Source of the DNA: Octopus sinensis
Lineage: Eukaryota
Assembly: GCF_006345805.1 (NCBI RefSeq)
Contig: NC_043000.1
Coordinates: 155,558,001 to 155,622,000 of the forward strand
Direction of reading: 5' to 3'
DNA length: 64,000 nt
Made by a program: the position numbers and the translations under genes. Below are positions 53,087 to 64,000 of the stretch, in pieces; positions within the stretch are counted from its first letter, which is position 1; each line of letters opens with the position of its first letter. The notes under the pieces are model-generated. The model saw only the letters and a program-made list of their open reading frames with translations, did not search any database and had not been told where the DNA came from.

Positions 53087-53396
53087 ACTTCCAATCTAAA
53101 ATATCATATTTTAAAATTTAAAAAAAATATAATTTTAAAATAATTAAAGTATGAACGAAAAAATATAAATATATAATCCATATATAACCTATATATAATC
53201 CATATATAATCAATATATAAACAGTATATAAACTAAAATAAACCTATCAACAATTAAATATAAAATATAAAATATAAAATATAAAATATAAAACAAAACA
53301 AAAAATAATAATAATATAATAATAAACTATATATACACCCATACACATATACCTAATTATATATAACCATATCTAACTACATACACTAAATCACAC

Positions 53397-53427
<31 letters not shown>

Positions 53428-56334
53428 ACCAATCATATGTATACAATTATACACACTAGAATAATACATAACTAACCCAAATATACAGAACATATTAAAA
53501 ATCACCAACAAACCACCATCACAAATGAAACCTACACCCATACAATGACAAAACTCCCCCCTCTATACCCAATTTACACCCACATAGCAATCCCAATATA
53601 TTCATTCATACATGGACGCACGTGCGTGAAGCACATGCACACAATAAATACGTACAACCCCCCAATACACACTCATATACATACGTATCAAGCTCGACAT
53701 CCACAGCAATACGCTTACACCCACTCACACCCAGATGGGTGAATTGCACAACCAGGGAACGCACACACACACGTGTGCGTATTTTGATTGTGCAACTCGC
53801 CCATATGCATGTATGCGGGCGCGATTACATTGTTGCACATATAGAGCCCAACTAGCATGCATATGTACATGTGAGGGGGTATACTTACATGCCGTGCGCG
53901 TGTACCCCCTGCATTTATACCCGTGCGTGAATATACACATGGAGACTACCACACAGGTACAAATGTGTATAGTAATGGGAGCCCCATCATTACACTCAAT
54001 GTATACTCTCACCCATCCGCACGGATTGAAAGCGAATCTCCGGTGTATATGTTGAGGCTTATATGTAGCGCTGTGGAGTTGAACGTCGTTGAAATTGTGA
54101 ATGAATGGGTGGAGTTGGGATTGTAACCGGTGGTGGGCTAGCGTTGCTTGGAATTGGGAATGGAATAGTGTAGTAGTAAGGCAGGCATCGAGAATAGATT
54201 GGGTTACTGCAAGTTGTTTGTTAGAGCTGCTAAGATGAGCTAAAGCTCATAATTGTATATAATAATTTATTATGGTAGTTTTATTAAAGAATCCATTCAT
54301 AATAAATGTTTTTTAAGTAGTGTTGGTTTGCCACGTGGATATAGATTTTAGTTCCATTTATTCTATTTCTCCATTCATAATTTTAAATGACGTTTACTTT
54401 CCATGCCGCGTATTCTTTTTTTACATAAGTTATATTTCTATGGTAACGTAATTTTGGTTTGGTTTTTTTAACGGCTAAGAATTTAATTTCACTTCATAAT
54501 TTGAAACTGACTTGTAAGTATGTATTTATTTCTCCTTATGTAATATTGTTATTTTTGATATTCTGGTTAATTACGATGTATTTAATGTTGTTTTTTATTG
54601 GAGTGTTTATGTATATGAGATTGTGTGTGAGTTTTTAGTTGTATAATTTATTTATCTGTATGAGTGTGGGTGTGTAAATATTGTTGTATATATCGAGTTT
54701 AGTGAGTATGTATATGCGTATATGTGAGGGAGTATATGTATCTGTTGTGTGTGTGTGTTTTGCGTGTGTGTGTGTTTGTGTGGTGAATGTGTATATGGGT
54801 TTGTTATTTAGGTTTTGGGATGTATGTGTTAATTTGTCTGTGTGGAGAGGAGTGGGTTTTTGGTGTATATTGAGGTTTATAAGTTAGTATAGGTATGTGT
54901 ATAAGTCGTGGGTCTGTGGTTTACGTGTGTGTTTTTTGTGTGTGAATGTTTAGGTTAGGGGGATTGCTATATAGGTTTGTTATAGAGTTTAGAAAAGGGA
55001 GATTTTATCGTTATATGTTTTTAAGAGTTTTGGTTTATCATGGTTTTTTTTAGGGAATTCGTGGTAATTTGTCTATTTTCGATGTTGGTTGTTTTATTAC
55101 ATTGTTTCATTCATAATTTTTGAGTGGTGTTCGTTTTGCCACGTGAATATTATTTTTAATTCCATTTATTCCATTTCTCCATTCATTTTTAAAAGATGTT
55201 CGTTTCCAGAGCGGTTATACTTTTTATACATATGTTAAGTTCCTTGTAAAGTAATTTTGTTTGGTGTATATGTTGAGGCTTATATGTACTTGTGGGTGTG
55301 TGTGAGTGGGGTGGGTGTTTGTATTTGTTATGGGTGTGTGGTTTACGTGTGTGTATTTGTGTGTGAATGTATAGGTTAAGGGATTGCTATATAAGTATGT
55401 TATAGTGTTTAGTAAAGGGAGGTTTTATCATTTATGTTTTGTGAGTTTTAGCTTATCATGGTAGTTTTATAAAAGAATCCATTCATATTTTTGTGTTATT
55501 TGTCTGTGTGGGGTTGAGTGGGTTTTTGGAGTATATGTTGAGGTTTATATGTATGTATAGGTATGTGTAAGTGGTGTGGGTATTTGTATATGTCGTGGGT
55601 GTGTGGTTTACGTGTGTGTATTTGTGTGTGAATGTTTAGGTTAGGGGGATTGCTATATAGGTATGTTATAGAGTTTAGTAAAGGGAGATTTTATCATTAT
55701 ATGTTTTTATGAGGTTTGGTTTATCATGGTAGGTTTGTTGAGGAATTCGTAGTAATTTGTGTCTATTTGCGATGTCTGTTGTTTTTTTGCATTGTTTCAT
55801 TCATATTTTTAAGTAGTGTTCGTTTAACCAAGTGAATATAATTTTTAATTCCATTTATTCCATTTCTCCGTTCATATTTTAAGTGATGTCCGTTTTCTAG
55901 AGCGTGAATGGGTTGTATGTGTGTGTGTGTGGGAGTATGAATAATTATTGTGTTGAAGTATTTAGCTATTTTATTTATTTATAGTTGCCTAGACGTTTTT
56001 ATGTGTATGTATAGGGTTATATATATAGGGGTGTGATTTAGTGTATGTAGTTAGATATGGTTATATATAATTAGGTATATGTGTATGGGTGTATATATAG
56101 TTTATTATTATATATTATTATTTTTGTTTTGTTTTATATTTTATATTTTATATTTTATATTTTATATTTAATTGTTGATAGGTTATTTTAGTTTTATATA
56201 TTGTTTATATATTGATTATATATGGATTATATATAGGTTATATATGGATTATATTTTATTTTTTTCGTTCATACTTTAATTATTTTAAAATTATTATTTT
56301 TATATTTTAAAATTTGATATTTTAGATTGGAAGT

Positions 56335-56375
56335 CACCTGAAGATTGTCGATCAAGACAGAAACAATTGTAGTGG
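56335..56375 (+). ncRNA. Second copy of the 53044 hammerhead (two 1-nt deletions)
   Basis: cac-CTGAAGA-ttgtc gatcaa gaca-GAAA-caattg-TA-gtgg. Confidence 0.72.
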
Positions 56376-56545
56376 CGGTTCTTTGACTATTTATTAAAAT
56401 TTTATGTATTGATTAAGTCTTTCCTTGTTGTTTTGCAAAATAGTGGTTTTGTCTCTAATAATATTTTATAATATTTTACTATAAAATTGGATTTAATCCT
56501 AAATCTGATTTTTTCCCTGTAATTTGGATTATTCCCTAATATTTA

Positions 56546-56594
<49 letters not shown>

Positions 56595-56598
<4 letters not shown>

Positions 56599-56941
56599 CA
56601 TAAGGGTTTAGCAACGAGTGCCTTACCACATACCGAATTTAGAATTCAGTCAAAGGGTTATAGCTTTTCTTCTACTAAAAAGGAGATCAGTAAAAACAGC
56701 ATTTGGAAGGCACAAACAGGTAAGAGAGAATGAATTGACTGCAATCTATCATACATTTTTTTTACTAAAAAAATGTATGATAGATTGCAGTCAATTCATT
56801 CTCTCTTACCTGTTTGTGCCTTCCAAATGCTGTTTTTACTGAGATCTCCCTTTTTAGTAGAAGAATAGCTATAACCCTTTGACTGCTATTTCTAAATTCG
56901 GTATGTGGTAAGGCAACTCGTTGCTAAACCCTTATTGCTTA
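56595..56941. repeat. ~350-bp foldback palindrome abutting (TA)n
   Basis: taagcataagggtttagcaacgag...tcatacattttt mirrored as aaaaatgtatga...ctcgttgctaaacccttattgctta. Confidence 0.92.
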
Positions 56942-57040
56942 GTATTACTTAAATTTTCCTCGAATGAGGCTTTACATGCCGAAGACTACTTGTGATGATA
57001 ATTTTTCCAAATTAATTATTTCACCTCTTCATTATTACGA

Positions 57041-57102
<62 letters not shown>

Positions 57103-57776
57103 TATATATTATTTATATTATATTATATATGTGTGTGTGTGTATGTGTGTATGTATGTTTGTTTGTATATAATATATTTTTTAGCTTTCAGTTGTTTCTG
57201 CCATGAAGGATTGTCAAACAAATCAAACCCAGGCCACTTGTAAACATTGGCACTTATTCTACTGGTCTTATTACCGAACCGCTAAGCTACGAAGATGAGG
57301 AAAAGCAGCACGAGTTGTCAAGGAAAAGGAGTGGAGGTCAAATACCTTTTCAAAAGCACAAACATAGATATGTACAATGCATACTACATACACATACATA
57401 TATAGACACACACACACATATATACACACAAAAACATACACACATATACGACTGGATTTTTTTTATTGTTTCCTTCTACTACATCCAGTCACAGCGCTTT
57501 GGTCAACCCTGAGCTATAGTAGAAGTCACTTGCCCAAGGTGTCACGCAGTTGGGCTGAACCTCGGACTGCATGCTTGGAAATCAAGCTTCTTAACCTCAC
57601 ACTACTTTGAATATACTATCTACGAGATTGTACAATTAACAAGATTTGGTGCGATCTATTTAACCAACTACATGTAGACTACTTTAGTAAAAATCATTTA
57701 AAATAAAATGTACTTTCTGGAAACATATTGAGTCCCTGCAAAGAAATCGCTCTCATATAACTTCAGTTCCAAATCT

Positions 57777-58190
57777 CTTTCTCTTTTTCTCTTTTTACTT
57801 GTTTCAGTCATTTGACTGTGGCCATGCTGGAGCACCGCCTTTAATCGAGCAACTCGACACCGGGACTTATTCTTTGTAAGCCCAGTACTTATTCTATCGG
57901 TCTCTTTTGCCGAACCGCTAAATGGCGGGGACATAAGCACACCAGCATCGGTTGTCAAGCAATGCTAGCTGGACAAACACACACACACAAACATACACGC
58001 ACACACACATATATATATACATATATACGACAGGCTTCTTTCAGTTTCCGTCTACCAAATCCACTCACAAGGCTTTGGTCGGCCCGAGGCTATAGTAGAA
58101 GACACTTGCCCAAGGTGCCACGCAGTGGGACTGAACGCAGAACCATGTGGTTCGTAAGCAAGCTACTTACCACACAGCCACTCCTGCGCC
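57777..58190 (-). mobile_element. Family A SINE
   Basis: Full copy; an older diverged copy lies at ~57200-57600. Confidence 0.88.
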
Positions 58191-58420
58191 TATGTTATCG
58201 ATTTGGAAAATATATTAGAGAAAACTTGAATTCATCCAGAGTATTTATACGCTATGGTAAAAACATACTATGAAAAGTCACTAAAATTTAGTGCAATTAA
58301 AGTTTGTCACATTTATGTAGGCCTTTTGTTATTCGCTGCGTCAGTGTTAGTTTTCATTATATTTAAAGTGATTAATACAATTATGTCGCAAAATATATAA
58401 CAGAATATGATAGATTGATA

Positions 58421-58650
58421 AGGCGGCGAGCTGGCAGAAACGTTAGCACGCCGGGCGAAATGCTTTGTGGTATTTCATCCGCCACTGCGTTCCGAGTTCA
58501 AATTTCGCCGAGGTCGACTTTGCCTTTCATCCTTTCGGGTCGATAAATTAAGTACCAGTTATGTACAGGGTCGATGCAATCGACTTAATCCCTTTGTCTG
58601 TCCTTGTTTGTCACCTCTATGTTTAGCCCCTTGGGGGCAATAAAGAAATA
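58421..58650 (+). mobile_element. Family B SINE with TSD
   Basis: Flanked by agaatatgatag(a/t)ttgat at 58402 and 58651. Confidence 0.9.
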
Positions 58651-58989
58651 AGAATATGATAGTTTGATTTACTTAAAGCATTATGAAGTATGTATGTCTG
58701 TAAGTTTGTGATAATATGTTTGCACTTAGTTTTCGGACTGGCCGACATTGCAGCACTGTTCTCAATAATCTCTTGACAGGAATGACCACTGATTCTATAT
58801 ACCTTTATTTTGTTAAAGTGTTTAGCAATATTGATCATATCATGAAATCATTTAACATAGGCTAAGGGATCTTGGTATCACAGGAAAACTCAGAGAATGA
58901 CTCTCTGACTTCTTACAGTGTAGGAATCAATACGTTTCTGCAAAGGGTTTTCTCTCTGGAAAGTCACCTGTAATAAGTGGCATACCTCA

Positions 58990-59575
58990 GTACACGTTTC
59001 TATGACCATTATTTTTTTATCATCACCCCCACCAGGTATAAGATCTCAAATACACTCGGTCAACATGATGAGCTACGCCGATGAAGCAAAAATATCGATG
59101 GTTATCCAAACTCCAGAAGATGTCGTCACACTTCAAAATGGGCTAAACTTCATTTATCAATGGGCAGATAAAAGCAATATGAAATTTAATGCATCAACAT
59201 TTCAGGTTCTTCGTTATGGAGAGAATACACACAAATCACATTATTTGACACTCGGTTACACATCGATTCAGAGTGCTAATAGCGTCAAATGATGTATCTT
59301 TCATCAGCCAGATCACCAGACAGAACTCTAAATGCAGACATCTAATAGCATGGATCCTACAAACCTTTGTGACAAGAGAACCGGTACTTATGCTAACTCT
59401 ATGGGGGGAAAAACGTTAGTTCTGAGCAGATTAACAGACAGCTTTAGTTTCCGAATCCATCTAGTCTCATGAAGAGATTGAAGGGTTACAAAGAACATCA
59501 TTTTAACTTCTGTTAAAAGCCTGAAATGTCTGAAAGCTCTGCATCTCTACTCTCTTGAATGTCGAAGAGAAATAT
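58990..59575 (+). mobile_element. Decayed CR1-like RT fragment
   Basis: SYADEAKISMVIQTPEDVVTLQNGLNFIYQWADKSNMKFN...LRYG; later LKALHLYSLECRR. Confidence 0.8.
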
Positions 59576-59604
59576 AAACTCTCATATACATACACACACA
59601 CACA

Positions 59605-59652
<48 letters not shown>

Positions 59653-59653
59653 G

Positions 59654-60053
59654 GGCGCAGGAGTGGCTGTGTGGTAAGTAGCTTGCTTACCAACCACATG
59701 GTTCCGGGTTCAGTCCCACTGCGTGGCATCTTGAGCAAGTGTCTTCTGCTATAGGCTCGGGCCAACCAATGCCTTGTGAGTGGATTTGGTAGACGGAAAC
59801 TGAAAGAAGCTTGTCGTATATATGTATATATATATATGTGTGGGTATGTGTTTGTGTGTCTGTGTTTGTCCCCCTAGCATTGCTTGACAACCGATGCTGG
59901 TGTGTTTACGTCCCCGTCACTTAGCGGTTCGGCAAAAGAGACCGATAGAATAAGTACTGGGCTTACAAAGAGTAAGTCCCGGGGTCGATTTGCTCGACTA
60001 AAGGCGGTGCTCCAGCATGGTCGCAGTCAAATGACTGAAACAAGTAAAAGAGT
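59654..60053 (+). mobile_element. Family A SINE
   Basis: Full copy. Confidence 0.9.
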
Positions 60054-60482
60054 ATATGGAAAATTCTGGAGAAGCATGTTCCAATCTTCGGTATAAGGGA
60101 GAATTATAGTACACGAATTGGTAGATCCTCTCGACTTCCAAAAATGCTACCTTCGAAATCACGAGCAAAGACACGCTATTGTACCAGTCTGATATTTCGA
60201 GGTTTTCAGTTATTCAACTGCTTACCGAAAGAAATACAAAAGGAGCTTCTACTGACACATTCAGCAGAATATTGGATACACTCAGTGTAAAACCAACTTC
60301 TAGTCATAAAACGACAACTAATATGAAAGAAAATAAATTAAGGTGGCGCTCCAGCTTGGTCACAGTCAAACGACTAAAACCACTAAAATATATAAGTATA
60401 TATATATATATATATAAGAATTTTTTGCATAATGAGATAAAAAAAAACAAGGCTGTGTAGATAGAACATTTATAGATAGAAC

Positions 60483-60534
60483 GTCTTACAGCTGTTTCCA
60501 AAAAATTTATTAATTATATCTCTTCACCGGAGAC
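60483..60534 (-). pseudogene. Decayed hammerhead of the U4C family
   Basis: gtct-CCGGTGA-agagatataattaataaattttttg-GAAA-cagctg-TA-agac. Module 60415-60570 matches the 49.3-kb palindrome arm and ends in (TA)n. Confidence 0.62.
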
Positions 60535-60731
60535 GGTGTGAGAGGATGGTTAAGTAATAGTTAATTTAGATAGGATACAAAATAGAGAGTGATGTGGAGG
60601 AAAGAAAATAGATGTGAGGTATGTAGGGATACTGAATTTGTAGATTCATTTTTTAGGAAGATTTGTATATATGTAAGATTCCAATACCGTATGAGAAAAA
60701 TCCAACAGTATTTAGAATTGTTCATTTCAAG

Positions 60732-60765
<34 letters not shown>

Positions 60766-60768
60766 CAT

Positions 60769-61085
60769 GTGGAGGCCAGTGGTTAGGGCAGCGGACTCGC
60801 GGTCGGAGGATCGCGGTCGGAGGATCGCGGTTTCGATTCCCAGACCGGGCGTTGTGTGTGTTTATTGAGCGAAAACACCTAAAAGCTCCACGAGGCTCCG
60901 GCAGGGGAGGGGGCGATCACTGCTGTACTCTTTCGCCACAACTTTCTCTCACTCTTTCTTCTGTTGGCCTGCTCGCTTAGCCAGCGGGGTGGCGTCATTT
61001 GAAGGCTAAAACAATGCGAAGCGCATTGTGACCAGTGATGTGTAGCAACGTCTCATAGCCTGGTCGGTTACGGTGATCACGGTGA
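60769..61085 (+). mobile_element. Family C-related SINE (same head, different tail)
   Basis: gtggaggcc...ggttagggcagcggactcgcgg head with a short internal duplication; tail ends cggtgatcacggtga. Confidence 0.8.
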
Positions 61086-62341
61086 TATATATACATACAC
61101 ACACATACATACATACATACATACATACATACATACATACATACATACATACCTACAAACACATAGACATAATCATGTGTACGTATGCATGAATAGAAAC
61201 TGATGGTGAATTCAAAATTCCAGGACGAGAAGGAAATGTCTTGCCTATTATATGCATATATAACTTGTATGCATGTATGTCGCAAGAACTAATCAATATA
61301 TTTTCGGATGAACATATGGACCTTTATTTCTTTAGTAGAACAGTTGTCCGTGTTATTAGATTTTTACTTAGCTTATTACATCAATAAAGAGATGTCTTTT
61401 TCTGCACCATTATCCGAATGCCTGAAAGAATACCAAAACTGAAAAGGAAAACAAGTAAAATAGATAAGAATAGATAACGAAAGGAAATTTCAAACGGAAA
61501 ACGAAAGATCTGCTGTTTGCTTCTGTGGATGGATAATGAAACAAACTTAACTTCAAAAATGACAGCGACGTCATAAACGATGATATCGATGACCTGGTAG
61601 TTTGAAATTCAGAATCGATTAGCTTCAAACTATCGATCTACAAAAATGCTACTTTATAATGAGCTGCCATCTATGGATCTACTCTAATCTTGTGGCAGCC
61701 ATTCACCACCATACATTGATATTAAAGCTGATATTAAAAGGAGAAAAAATCCTTTCTTCTATTAATATTGATAATTAAGTTGAATGTAAGATAACGTGAA
61801 TAAGATTGCATCTATTTATACATTCATTAATGTATTTTGTTCTCTTCGCATCTTCTTGCCATTGCTTTTGTTTTTGTTTGTCATATTATTCTTTGTTCTT
61901 GTTTGATACTTATTCTAATTTTAGTTTATTATAGTCCAAATAATTTAGCCCAGGCTGTAAATTCAATAGAGCTATACAGAAAAAAAAATCTGTCTGACTA
62001 ACCATTTGTCTTCCAATTTATTGTCTGTGTGTCGACTAGGAAATCTGTCTCCTTAGTGATACAAACATGGAGAGAGAGAAAAAAAATGAAGGTTTTAAGA
62101 GGCAAAAACAAGCGAAATAATTTTTTTCATTATTCTTTAAACATTAAAATTTAGATTTGATTTTGAAATAATAGGTTTCCACATAAGGTGCTAAAAAATG
62201 GTTACATTAAGGGAGTATTATTATATGCATAATTACTGTGGCAAAATTGTAGGTCACAATTATTCTGTACAATAATATATGATATATGAGAAGTGAAGTA
62301 CAACATTGTTCATCCACTACCTACAATGTAGGGTATAATGC

Positions 62342-62382
<41 letters not shown>

Positions 62383-62487
62383 TATATATAACGGGAAGCT
62401 TTATGAAAATAAACAAAAGACGAAGGCAGGTGGAGTACAAACAAACAATTGTATTAGTATGGCGCTCAGGAATATAAATAAAGCAAG

Positions 62488-62525
62488 TCTTTTACGTTTC
62501 GAGCCTACGCTCTTCAACAGAAAGA
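62488..62525 (-). ncRNA. Minimal hammerhead fold, CUGUUGA variant (second intact copy)
   Basis: tcttt-CTGTTGA-a-gagc gtag gctc-GAAA-cg-TA-aaaga. Module 62390-62560 is near-identical to 49526-49705. Confidence 0.62.
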
Positions 62526-62749
62526 TACACAGAAAAGAAACAAGGAGAGAAAAAAATGCGTGCAGAAGCAAGCGATTCAACATGGTGAACCATATATATA
62601 TATATATATATATATATGATTTGAAAACCCCACTAGAATGGGAGAAAGCGCTAATGATCTAAGTGATATGATATATATATATATAAAATGTAATATATAA
62701 ATAAATATCTGTAAATATAAACCATCCGATCTTCTGATTACCTCATTTC

Positions 62750-62795
<46 letters not shown>

Positions 62796-62838
62796 ATATG
62801 AAAGAAGGTTTGAAAATGCAATTTTGAAAGATCTTTAA

Positions 62839-62884
62839 TTACTTGACCGGTTTCACTTTTTTAGGAAAAGATTGTCAAAAGTAA
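62839..62884 (-). ncRNA. Type I hammerhead fold with compensatory U3:A8 core
   Basis: ttactt-TTGACAA-t ctttt cctaa aaaag t-GAAA-ccgg-TC-aagtaa. 6-bp stem I, 5-bp stem II, stem III palindrome ACCGGT. Confidence 0.75.
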
Positions 62885-63240
62885 CATGTAAAAACTTTGT
62901 TGTGTTAAGTACTGGTTGTCACAAAATATTACAATACATATATACATTCTTTGCTAATAATAAGAACGTGTTAAAAACAGTTTACAAGGGAAAATTTTGG
63001 GAAAAACAAAAACGTTCATTAAAATATTGGGCACAAAAAGTTGCAATACTTGTATACATTTTTTGATAATAATAAGATGTTAAAAACAGTTTACAGAAAA
63101 CATTTTTTTGAGAAATTATTAACAAGTTCATAAATACACACACACACAACACCAACAGATGCACACATATACACATGCGAACAGACACATACACACACTA
63201 GCGGACGCACGACACCCTAACACAACAAAGCTTTTACATG

Positions 63241-63286
63241 TTACTTTTGACAATCTTTTTCTAAAAAAGTGAGACCGTTCAAGTAA
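63241..63286 (+). pseudogene. Damaged copy of the U3:A8 hammerhead
   Basis: ttactt-TTGACAA-tctttttctaaaaaagt-GAGA-ccgt-TC-aagtaa. Confidence 0.62.
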
Positions 63287-63366
63287 ATAAACATCTTTTA
63301 AAATTGCATTTTCAAACCTTCTTTCATATATAATTCTACTCGTGCAGTACCTACAACTCCACTTTG

Positions 63367-63461
<95 letters not shown>

Positions 63462-63521
63462 TGTATGTATGTATGTGTTTCTTATTTGCTATGTGACAGA
63501 CGTTATCTTTTAGCATTTGAC

Positions 63522-63567
<46 letters not shown>

Positions 63568-63635
63568 AATAATAATAATAATGATAATAATAATGATAAT
63601 AATAATATTATTATTGTTGTTGTTGTTGTTGTTGT

Positions 63636-63670
63636 TACTAGTAGGACCCGTGAATATTTCACGGAATTAA
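63636..63670 (-). mobile_element. Helitron-like 3' end
   Basis: actagtaggacccgtgaatatttcacgg: CTAG plus ccgtgaa/ttcacgg hairpin. Confidence 0.55.
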
Positions 63671-63815
63671 TTTCTGAAAATCTAATCCCAAAAACCTGAA
63701 AGCGTAGCCTGTGTCTATGGAAAAATAGTTGCGCATCTGCTACTCATTGAGAAGTGAAAGAAATTGGAATACGATAGTAATTTAATGCTCTACACACACA
63801 CACACACACACACAC

Positions 63816-63891
<76 letters not shown>

Positions 63892-64000
63892 AACAATTGC
63901 AGCGTGGAAGGTGTTTATAAGCCATTTAAGAAACATACAAAAACCGTTAGATTCACTTCAACATTTAAATTTAATTTGTCAAAATATTTTCGTCGCACAA

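Larger units (their letters stand above)
52945..56470. repeat. 3.5-kb inverted structure: ~460-bp arms each carrying a hammerhead, with internal tandem repeats
   Basis: 52945-53400 is the reverse complement of ~56025-56470. Internal ~140-bp units at ~54910, 55330, 55605 and ~130-bp units at ~54290, 55100, 55790. Confidence 0.85.
62795..63330. repeat. Inverted-repeat element with ~115-bp arms and an internal tandem duplication
   Basis: 62795-62910 is the reverse complement of ~63215-63330; left arm abuts (TA)n. Confidence 0.85.

Overview
This is AT-rich, microsatellite-saturated eukaryotic DNA. The tRNA-headed SINE families (CORE-like and Deu/Nin-like) and repeat make-up look like an octopus (coleoid cephalopod) intergenic or intronic region; that is an inference, not a database match. 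No host gene, tRNA or rRNA is supportable, and most listed ORFs are translated microsatellites. The window is a transposon mosaic: three main SINE families, CR1-like and R4/Dong-like LINE remnants, mariner and maT DNA transposons, Helitron-like elements, and two decayed Penelope-like (PLE) retroelements with the CxCx5C linker typical of the Naiad group. The main hidden signal is about a dozen minimal type I hammerhead-ribozyme folds in at least six unrelated short modules. All have palindromic stem III, most read into (TA)n tracts, and several sit as outward-facing inverted pairs. Cores include canonical CUGANGA plus three variants: U3:A8, U4C and A6U with an extra A. Other observations are (TA)n-anchored foldback hairpins, a head-to-tail Dong array inside (TAA)n, and local inverted templated duplications. 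Ribozyme activity is untested, and some inverted structures could be assembly artefacts. Coordinates were read by eye and may be off by a few bases.
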